Assembly: GCA_963707915.1 (NCBI GenBank) | Contig: OY970178.1 | Coordinates: forward strand, 1,408,001 to 1,472,000 | DNA from: Candidatus Eiseniibacteriota bacterium | Lineage (GTDB): Bacteria > Eisenbacteria > RBG-16-71-46 | DNA length: 64,000 nt | Reading direction: 5' to 3' | Program-made: the position numbers and the translations under genes | The notes under the pieces: generated by a model | What the model was told of the DNA's origin: nothing | Seen by the model: the letters and a program-made list of their open reading frames with translations, nothing else | Databases searched by the model: none | In this document: positions 48,137 to 58,100 of the stretch, piece by piece | Position numbering within the stretch: position 1 is the first letter of the stretch | How the letters are laid out: every line of letters starts with the position of its first letter

Positions 48137-49042
48137 TCAGGCGCGCGGCCCGCCGGCGCCGGGGCTCGCGAGCGCGAGGCCGATGAGCCGGTAGGCGAGG
48201 CGCGCGGCCAGGAAGTCCGAGGCGACCTGCCCCGGGATGGGTGCCAGCTCCACGATGTCGAAGCCCACGATGCGCGAGCGCGCGGCCGCTGCGCGCAGCA
48301 GGTCCACGGCCTCGTACCAGTCGAGGCCGCCGGGCTCGGGGGTGCCGGTCCCGGGCAGCACCGACGGGTCGAGCGCATCGAGGTCGAAACTCACGAAGAC
48401 CGTGTCGGTCAGCGCCGCGAGGATGGGCTCGCGGTCGCCTCCCAGCGCGCGGAGCGCGCGCGGGCTCCAGATCGGCGCCGGGTGCGCGCGCAGGTGGACG
48501 GCCTCCTCTTCGCTCATCGAGCGGATGCCGACCGACACGGCCGGGCAGCACTCGCGCACGCGGCGCATCACGCAGGCGTGGCTGTAGGGCGAGTCGAGGT
48601 AGGAATCGCGCATGTCGGCATGCGCGTCGAAGTGGAGCACCGAGAGCCCGCCGAAGCGGCTCGCGGCCGCCCGGACCGCGCCCGCGGTGATGCTGTGCTC
48701 GCCCCCCAGGACGGCCGGCAGGCGGCCCTGGTCGAGGATCCAGCCCACGGCGCGCTCGACGCGGGCGGCCATGGCTTCCGGGCCCAGCGCGGTGGGTTCG
48801 ACCTCGGGGAGCGTGTGGATGCCCTCGCGATAGGTCGCGCCCAGCTCGTCGTCCCAGAGCTCCATGTTCTGCGACGCGGAGAGGATGGCGCGCGGGCCCC
48901 AGCGCGTGCCGCCCTGGTACGTGGTGCTGAAGTCGTAGGGCACCGGCAGCACGACCGCGCGCGCGCGCTCGAGCGAGGCGAACTCCTCGTCGAGCCCGCC
49001 GAAGTTCGGGGGCAGTCCGGTCGGCCAGTCGGGTCGTTCCAT
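48137..49042 (-). CDS. speB: Agmatinase
   Basis: GGEHSIT, FDAHADMRD, SHAC, SFDLDALDPS..PGTGTPEPGG. Confidence 0.92.
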   Translation of the reverse strand: MERPDWPTGLPPNFGGLDEEFASLERARAVVLPVPYDFSTTYQGGTRWGPRAILSASQNMELWDDELGATYREGIHTLPEVEPTALGPEAMAARVERAVGWILDQGRLPAVLGGEHSITAGAVRAAASRFGGLSVLHFDAHADMRDSYLDSPYSHACVMRRVRECCPAVSVGIRSMSEEEAVHLRAHPAPIWSPRALRALGGDREPILAALTDTVFVSFDLDALDPSVLPGTGTPEPGGLDWYEAVDLLRAAAARSRIVGFDIVELAPIPGQVASDFLAARLAYRLIGLALASPGAGGPRA

Positions 49043-49212
49043 GCGTCCTCCCTCGCAGACACGTCGGGCCCTGACCGGCCGGATGCCGGATCAGGGCCCG
49101 CGATGATGGGACGTCCTGCCAGGTGCGTCGCGGCGCTTCCGGCCGCGACGCTCCGGCGCTCGGCCCGGGCGAGCCGGGATGCGCCGTTCAGATCTCTGGG
49201 GACCCCTTCCCG

Positions 49213-49440
49213 TTACCGCTCTTCGTCGATCCCGTCGACTTCGTCGAGGTCGTCCTCGTCGTCGTCGTCGTACTCCTCTTCGTCGAACTCGTCGTCGAAC
49301 TCGTCGTCGTCCTCGTCTTCGTCGAGATCCTCTTCTTCGAGATCGTCGTCGAAGAGCTTGTCGTCCTCGTCGTACTTGTCGACTTCGTCGTCCGGGATCG
49401 GACCGAAGTCGTCGTCGGGAATGCCCTTCTTCTTGGTCAT
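49213..49440 (-). CDS. Small, extremely acidic hypothetical protein (75 aa)
   Basis: GAGGGAG RBS, ATG and GAC/GAG-rich codons; 46 of 75 residues are D/E by hand count. Confidence 0.7.
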   Translation of the reverse strand: MTKKKGIPDDDFGPIPDDEVDKYDEDDKLFDDDLEEEDLDEDEDDDEFDDEFDEEEYDDDDEDDLDEVDGIDEER

Positions 49441-49558
49441 GACTCCCTCAGGCAAGAGCCCTGGCGTGACCCACGCGCCATCATGGTGATTGCGTCCCGA
49501 TGACGCGCATTCGAGACCCGGCAGCCACGAAACGGCACCCGGGTGAAAATGCACCGGC

Positions 49559-49586
49559 AGTATACGGAGCGCGCCCCTGCCGTCAA
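49559..49586 (-). promoter_or_regulatory. Sigma70-like promoter for the acidic protein-speB-rlmI unit
   Basis: TTGACG-N16-TATACT in an otherwise very GC-rich intergenic region. Confidence 0.6.
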
Positions 49587-50009
49587 TGAGAAATCGAGAC
49601 GCTCCAAGGGCAGGCCGGGCAAGCGGTTGAGGCGGACCCGGCCGCTGGCTCCGGGAAGGCAGTCCCGCCCGGAGGGCTGGAACGCCGGCCCGGAGCGGGG
49701 CTCCCGGCGGCGGCCGGGGCGGAACCGGCGCACCGGGAAGGGCCCACCGGGCAGCGAAGACGGCCGGCGGGAGCCGGCTTCACCGGTCCTGGCGGGCACT
49801 CGAGGCAGATCCGGCAGCAGTCGAATCCGGCGCTCCGTGGCGAAGACGATGCCACGAATCGGCAGCCAGGCGGCTCGATCGTGCCGCGAGACCAGCAAGA
49901 GGTGCCCCGGCAACCGGAGTCCGCTACTCTCGCGCGCATGGCCGCAGCAAACCCTGCACCAGGGGCTGGGCGATCGGGGCCGAGGGCCGGCCGGCGCTCG
50001 CCCGACCGG

Positions 50010-52112
50010 ATGCTGGCAAGCGAGTCACGCCGAGGCGGAAGCAACGAGCTCGGCGGTCTGCCCACGACCGCTGCGGGCGGCCGTCTGCGGCACTTGCCGT
50101 TGGCGCTGGTCCTGGTCGTGGCCGCGGCCGCTGCCCTGAGGCTTTGGCACATCGCCGCCGACCTGCCTGACTTCCTCGAGGAGGCGGCGCCCTTCCGTAC
50201 CGCCTGGGAGATGTGGAGCCCAACGGGAGGACGGACCGACTGGAACCCGCACTCATTCATCTATCCATCGCTCACGATCTACTTGCACCTCTTTCTGCAG
50301 AAGCTGGGCTATTGGTTCGCCGAGCTCAGCGGCACGGTCCATTCACCTGCCGACTGGTGGGTGCTCTACCAGGCCGATCCCACGTCCGTCGTGCTGCCCG
50401 CACGCTATCTGCATGTGGCCTGCGGCGCCGCCACGGTCGCGCTCACCGGCGTGATTGCCGGGCGCCTGCGCCGCGGGGCAGGCATTCCGGCGGCGCTGCT
50501 GGCTGCGTTCAGCCCGACGCTGCTCGGCACGTCGCGCCTGATCTACACGGACACACTGATGACGACCCTCGCCCTGGCTGCGCTCGAGCGCATGCTCGCC
50601 TGGCACGAGCGTGGCGGCAGGGCCCGGCTGGTCGCCGCAGTCGCCTTGATCGGGCTCGCGGCGGGTGCCAAGTACCCCGGAGCGGCGGTGCTCATTCCTC
50701 TGGCCTGGCTGCTGTGGGACCGCGGCAGGGAGCAGGGCCTGGCACTCTGGCCACTGGCAGTTGTGGGCGCGGCGGCAGTCTTCCTGCTCACCACGCCGTA
50801 CGCGATCTTCGACTTCGCCGCGCTCGAGCGTGACCTGATCACGAACGCGATCCACGTTGCGGGTGGGCACCTGGGCCAGTCCACGGTGGCCGCACCCGCG
50901 TCCTATCTGGGCCAGTTGCTGCACGACGTCGGTCCTGCCGGGCTGGCACTGCTCGTGGCCTCCGCCGCGCTGTTCGCCGTCCGGGATCCCCGCCGCTCGG
51001 CAACACTCGCCGTCTGGCTCTTCCTACTGGCGTTCCTTGTGCCGATGGCGGTGGCCCGCTACGCCTCCGCCTACTACCTGATTCCGGTGGTGCCCGCCGC
51101 GGCCGCGCTCGTTGCCGCGGCCGCGCTCGAGCTTCCGCAGCGGTTCGCGCCGGAGCGACAGCGGGTGCTGACTGCGGGGCTGCTTGCCGTGCTGTTGGTG
51201 CCCGTGCTCGTCATCGGCACTCGATCAGCGGCGGCCAGTGCCGGTTCCACGCAGGTCGAAGCCCGGCGTTGGCTGGAGGCGCATCTTGCGGGCCGCGAAC
51301 TCGTGCTCGCGGAAGCCTGGGGACCTCGGCTGTTGTTGGTGAACGAGTACCTTTCCGTGCGGGCGAGTCCGTCCTTCGCTGCCGCAAGTTGGGAGGTGCA
51401 GCAGCGCTATGTCAGCCGGCGCTCCTTCCATGTCGTGGTGTTGCCACTCACGGTGGCCGGGAGTGTTGCCAGTCGCCTCGCCGCGGCAAACGGCGAGCCG
51501 CGGGAGGTCGCGGTGTTCCCCTCGACGCTCGACATCAACGCCATCGCCTACGATCCTCGCCTCTTTGCGATGGCGGACCGGGTCGTAACGAGTGGCGCGG
51601 TGCGGAATCGCTTCGAGGCGGACCCGGAGCGCTTCACGGACGAGTGCCGGCTCTACAGGCTGTTGGACTCGACGGCGACGGTGGAGGCACGCTTCGAGCC
51701 TCACGACGGCGTTGCTGGACCGGTCGTCACCGTGTACTTGCTCGGGCCGCTGGCGCACGCAGCCCTTGCTGCCGCAGGACCACTGCCGCCTCTCTGGTGG
51801 GCGGAGAAGATCCCCGAGAGCTATCGCCGCGCCGTGACCGTGCTCCTCCAGGCTCCGTGGGAGAGCGGTGCCGCGCCGCGCGCAGACGGCACGGCCCCCC
51901 TGTGGGTGCGGAGCCTCGCCGGGGTCTACCAGGATCGTCTGCGACCATTCGCGAACGACTTGGCCACGAACCTCGTGGACCTGGGCCGCTGCGACGCAGC
52001 ACAGCCGCTCGTGGAGGGCACGCTGCTCGTATCCCCACGCGATCCACAGGCGAACAGGCTCTACGAAGCCTGCACCTCGCAACCGGCCCCGTCGTCGCAG
52101 GCGACGCGATAG
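50010..52112 (+). CDS. GT-C fold membrane glycosyltransferase (ArnT/PMT, GT39/GT83-like)
   Basis: ALRLW..LP..L-EE acidic loop, NPHSFIYPSL, GLAAGAKY, FLLTTPY, many TM helices, soluble C-terminal domain; start uncertain (49881-50010). Confidence 0.75.
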   Translation: MLASESRRGGSNELGGLPTTAAGGRLRHLPLALVLVVAAAAALRLWHIAADLPDFLEEAAPFRTAWEMWSPTGGRTDWNPHSFIYPSLTIYLHLFLQKLGYWFAELSGTVHSPADWWVLYQADPTSVVLPARYLHVACGAATVALTGVIAGRLRRGAGIPAALLAAFSPTLLGTSRLIYTDTLMTTLALAALERMLAWHERGGRARLVAAVALIGLAAGAKYPGAAVLIPLAWLLWDRGREQGLALWPLAVVGAAAVFLLTTPYAIFDFAALERDLITNAIHVAGGHLGQSTVAAPASYLGQLLHDVGPAGLALLVASAALFAVRDPRRSATLAVWLFLLAFLVPMAVARYASAYYLIPVVPAAAALVAAAALELPQRFAPERQRVLTAGLLAVLLVPVLVIGTRSAAASAGSTQVEARRWLEAHLAGRELVLAEAWGPRLLLVNEYLSVRASPSFAAASWEVQQRYVSRRSFHVVVLPLTVAGSVASRLAAANGEPREVAVFPSTLDINAIAYDPRLFAMADRVVTSGAVRNRFEADPERFTDECRLYRLLDSTATVEARFEPHDGVAGPVVTVYLLGPLAHAALAAAGPLPPLWWAEKIPESYRRAVTVLLQAPWESGAAPRADGTAPLWVRSLAGVYQDRLRPFANDLATNLVDLGRCDAAQPLVEGTLLVSPRDPQANRLYEACTSQPAPSSQATR

Positions 52113-52238
52113 CCGACGATGCTCCGTCGACTGCCCGAGGGAGGGCGAACACGCGACGACGCCTGATCAGGGAGTCATGACGAAAGCTTCTCCCCTCGGT
52201 AGACAGTTGTTGCTAGGATTTCCCGGTGGAGGGCTGAC

Positions 52239-52332
52239 ATGATCCGGACTGCTACGCCGTGGATAGCATGGATGAGGACCAGGCTGCTTGGGCGGCGCTC
52301 CTATGCACTTGCATTGGTCTTATGCATCAGTG
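52239..52332 (+). pseudogene. 5' fragment (31 codons, signal-peptide-like) of a secreted-protein gene cut by IS3
   Basis: GGAGGG RBS then ATG, MIRTATPWIAWMRTRLLGRRSYALALVLCIS, ending exactly at the IS terminal repeat. Confidence 0.55.
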
Positions 52333-52371
52333 TGAACCGCGCCGGGTTCTCCGGAGAGCTCCGGACTTGAG

Positions 52372-53600
<1,229 letters not shown>

Positions 53601-53650
53601 GACTCCATCCTCTCAGGCAATGGAGCCTCCGGGAAACCCGGCGCGGTTCA

Positions 53651-54955
53651 GATCGGGAGTTTGGGCTGCCCGACACGGTGGACAGGATCTACGCGGGGTG
53701 GTGGAAGTACGCGGGAGCAGCCTGGGGCCGGCGGCGGTGGGTGGTGGCTCAGGACCAAACCGGCCCCAGGACCTGGTACTCGGACACGGCGCACATCTGG
53801 CACAACCGCGACCTGACGTGGTGGGATGCGGGGGATCGGGGGGTGGCGGTGGCGCCGCTGACCGACACGACCGCGTTGTTGGTAACGGCGGGGCGCGGCT
53901 CGTCGCTGCGTTGGAGCCTGCTGGAGGGCGATGCCTGGGTGAGTGGTGACCGTATACCCGGTTTGGACGGCCTCGGTAATCCGCAGGCACCTTGCCTGCG
54001 CCGGAGTCCGAGCGGGGCGCTGTGGCTGGGCTGGAGCACGGACCAGGCTTATGTGCAACTGGCGACCTTCGGGGACGGGACCTGGAGCTACGCGGGCAGG
54101 CTTGAATGTACCGCGAAGCCGGTGCCTGGTTACTACTTCTCGAAGGTCATCCGATTGAGCCGCGACGACTGGGAGTTGCCAGTGGTGTTCTGGTTCGAGC
54201 ACAACTCGGACGCTGCGTTCACTGGCTCGGCCTACGTCTCGGTGCCAAACGACTCGGGCTATCCAGCGGGGGAGTACTTGCCTGGCAGTTGGGGTGGCGC
54301 CAGTGGCGATGTCGTCCGGGACCGCAATGGCGACGTCTGGGTGGCGTGGCGGGAGGAGTTTGATGGGATGTTCTGGACCCATAGTTTCACTCGAGCGACC
54401 TGCAGCGCGCCGGAGATGCGCCGGCGCGGGCACTCGCTCTTGGTGACCTGGCAGCTCTCGGAGCCAGCGCCCGAGACTTGGTGGGCGGTGGAGCGGGCCC
54501 GAGACTGGGAGCCGTTCGCTGAGGTGGCCCGGGTGCGAGCGGGCGCCACCGCGGAGATGTCCTGGGCCGACCCCGACCGTGAACGCGGACCCGTGCGCTA
54601 TCGGATCCGGCGGGAGTGCCTGGACACGCGCTACCGGTGGTGGAGCGGGGAAGCCCGCTGGCCAAAGCAAAGCCACAGGCCGCTGGGGCTGCGGCTGGCG
54701 GGCTGGCCCTCACAGGGCACGGTGGCGTTCGACGTGGAGGAGGCGGCCGCGGGGCCGCTGGAGATCGCGCTCTACGATGTCGCGGGGCGGCGGGTCTTGC
54801 GGCGCAGCGAAGCGGTCAACGCGACCGGCCGCCTGAGCTACCGCCTGGATCTCAGCGGCGCCGACCGACTGGTCGGCAGCGGGGTGTACTTCCTCAGCGT
54901 CCGCGACGCCTCCGGGGAGCAGGCGGAGACCGCGAAGATCGTCGTTCTCCGGTAG
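53651..54955 (+). pseudogene. 5'-truncated secreted protein, paralog of 60079..62112, with T9SS-like C-terminal domain
   Basis: The frame is open from the IS end (DREFGLPDTVD...), matching FGLPDTLG of 60079..62112; ends SGVYFLSV...KIVVLR. Confidence 0.75.
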
Positions 54956-55135
54956 TACGTTCACGTTCCCGGAAGATCCTGCTCTTCGATCGCCCGATTG
55001 AGGAGCAGAAACCCGGTCGGGCTCGGGGTCAGGATCACACTCGCTGGCGGCCTCGCGTGCTTCCGCGGCCACCGTTGTGGACTTCAGCCACGTGAATCGC
55101 GTCGAGATCGAGGGACCGAACGTGCCTCTGGCAAA

Positions 55136-55164
55136 GTGGGGCCCGAGAGATTCCCGGGCCCCAC
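55136..55164. terminator. Hairpin between convergent genes
   Basis: GTGGGGCCCG...CGGGCCCCAC inverted repeat just past the stop of 55192..59862, followed by TTT on the minus strand. Confidence 0.5.
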
Positions 55165-55191
55165 CAGAACCACTCCTCATCCGGCCTGCGG

Positions 55192-58100
55192 TTACTTCAC
55201 GAGGATCATCTTCCGTTGGGCTTGGAAGGCACCGGCCTGCAGTCGGCAGATGTACATGCCCGCCCGCACCCGGCTGCCGCCCGCCATGCGCCCGTCCCAG
55301 GTGCTCTGATGGTAGCCGGCCGGGTAGACGCCGTCGGCCAACTTGGCGATCCGCCGCCCCTGCAGGTCAAAGACCTCCAGCCGCACGCTCGAGGGCCGCG
55401 GCAGATCAAAGCGCACGAGCGTCATCGCGGTCACGGGATTCGGCTGGTTCGGGTGCAACGCGAACTCGGTCGGCAGAGGGTTGGCCGTGGCGCGGGCTTC
55501 CATCGCGGCTTGGGCCCTCGAGAGCTTGGCCCGCTTCGACGTTCGCGCCCCCCGCAGGACCAGGAAGGCGTCGCGCTTGAGGCCTTGCTCGGCCGGCTTC
55601 AGCTCGTAGGTCAGCACGACCGACTCGCCCGTCTGAACCGTCATGCCGCCGGCCTCGGCCGAGGCCAGCAACGTCGTCGCGTCCCCCTGCGTGGAGTGAA
55701 CCGCCGAGCTGGGAGCGAGCGGCGACAGCGACTCGAGCTTGACCGGCTTCACCCAGGCCAGGCGCCGCACCTCGCACTCCTGGTGGAACAGCAGGCGCGC
55801 CGCGTTGGCATCGAGCGAATCCACCACGAAGGCGTACGAGCCGGCCCGTGGACGCAGGTGCTCGACCGTGGTCCACTCGTCTTTGCCGGCAGGTACCTGG
55901 ACCTCCACACCCCCGGAGTCCTGGGCGGTGCCGCGACCGGCGAGCTCCACCAGGAGCGCTTGGCCGGTAGCTTCCTTCTCTGCCAGCGTCACCTCCCAGG
56001 TCGTCCCGGTCGCGACCATGCGCGAGTCCTCGCTCGAGTCGATCACCGCCGAGAGCGACTGCTGCCCGTCGGTCAGCGCGTAGACCGAGGCAGCCTCCCC
56101 CAACAGCAACTTGCCCTTGCAGGTGAAGGCCTGGACGTCCGCCTTGTGATCCACCACGGCCAGGCCGGCCAGCTTCACCGCCAGCGCCGCGCTGCCGGGA
56201 TAGCTCAGCCTGACCCGGGCCACCGAATCACCCGCGGCGATCGGGGTCCGCAGCGCGTAGACGTCGGTCACCGGCGCGGTGGTCGTAGCCTGCTCCAGCA
56301 CCGAGTTCTCCAGGTGCCAGCCCATCTCGCCCCCGCCCTGGGCCATCAGGTCCTCGGTGTTGCATTCCTTGATCTTGGATCCGCTGCAGGTGGTCTTGCC
56401 GCTGGCGACGTTGCTCAACGCCGACCAGTGCCCGGCGTCGTCCTGGGTCTTGACCGCGAAGTAGTACCAGGTGCAAGCCGAGAGCGTGCCGTTGGGCGCC
56501 AATGCGCATTCCAGCGTGCCCGACTCCCCCGGTGCTCCGGTCGCCAGGGTGTCGCAGGAGAAGAAGTTGCCTTCGGTGATCGTGCTGGTGGAGTAGGCCA
56601 CTCGCGAGCGACAGGCCGTCCCAGTGAGGCTGTCGTCGCCGGGTGCCACCCAGCCCACCGCGGCTGAAGTGTGCCCCATCTCCGGCACCACCTCGGACGC
56701 GGCCGGGCGCAGGCTGTCGGGCTCGATGGCGATGCGGATGACCTTCTGCGCCACCCCGCCGGAACCGTCCAGCGCCCGGACGACGACGAAGTGCTCGCTG
56801 CCCGCCGGAGGATTCGGCCAAGAGAACTCGCCCGCGGCGGACAGACTCGCCCCACTCGGCAGGTAGGCCGCCGAGAAGGTCACACCCTCGCCATCCGGAT
56901 CTGTGGCCGAGTAGGTCTGGGTCAAGGTCTGGTTGCAGGATCCGGCGAGGACCGTGTCCCGGGGGGCGTTGACGAAGTACGGGGCGTGGTTCCAGCTCAC
57001 CTGGCCGACGTAGATGTCGGAGGCCGAGCCGATGGCATGCTCGTCGGACGCATAGGCAATCCGGGTGCCGTCGTAGGACCAACGTGGGTCGCTGTAGATA
57101 GCGTTGCGCTGCTGGAACTGGGGTAGCGGCAGGCGCTGCAGCGTATCGCGTAGCGCGATGCGACGGAACGGCGTCGTTACGAGACTGTCGTAGCCCGCCG
57201 GGAACGGGTAGCTATCGTGATCCAACCACATGCACTGCTTGCGACACGACACAGCATCAGCCTGCTCAATGACGATCGACCCAGAGCCGCGATGCAGGTC
57301 GAACGAATGGGTGCTCGCGATCGGTTCGGCCATTGCGGTGGCTGCCTCCAACATGCCGCCGTCGGTCCTCACTCGATAGAGGCTGTCCCCGCTCGAGAAC
57401 CACACCCACCTCCCGGCCGGCCCCCAACGCAGCGACACGATCGCATTGTGCGGCGAATGAAACTCTGCAAGCACGGTGTCGCGTTGCCCCGTGAGATCGA
57501 TTCGGCGCACCTGTTGTACGCCGTCGCACTCCTCACCGACGGAGTGTGGCAGGCACAACACATAGGCGACCTGCTGGCCGTCGGGCGAGAAGGCCGGATC
57601 GCTCACGCATCCCGCGTTTCCATGGCATGTGAGCCATCTCGTCTCCTGGGTCACGACATTGTGGATGGCGATGTCCGTGTACGGGAAGAGATCCCGCGCA
57701 CGGTCCATTCGGTAAGCCACCCAATCTCCCCGCGGGGACCAGTCTGCCTGATCCTGGCTCCGAGAGGCTTCTGGTTCCAACAATGCTGTGGTCCGGCCAG
57801 ATAGAGACGTTGTGTAGATCTGGCTTCGACCCGACAGCCTACGCGTGTATGCCAGTTGGTCGCCATCTGGCGAGAAGGAAGGCTCCCGCACCAGGTCGTT
57901 CGACAACCAATCCAGCCGGACGGGGTTCTGTGCCGCGAAGGGGGAATAGCGCAATCCCAGCCCAAGTCGGTAACTGGCGACCTCCTCGTAGGAGTTCAGT
58001 TGACTCTCGGTGTAGTACTGGCTGCGGCCGTCCGCCATGCTCAAGACGACCACCACAGCCTTGACCCCATCGCCGAACCCCGGCACAACCACATGCAGTG

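Noticed and set aside
49043..49212. Possible guanidine or polyamine riboswitch upstream of speB
   Set aside because: GC-rich hairpins are present, but I could not identify ykkC or paired ACGR-loop mini-ykkC consensus features by eye. An Rfam scan would be needed.
52113..52180. Possible remnant of a divergent partner gene (minus-strand MTP*...SLGQ resembling the start of 55192..59862)
   Set aside because: The similarity is only a few codons with an immediate stop, indistinguishable from chance.
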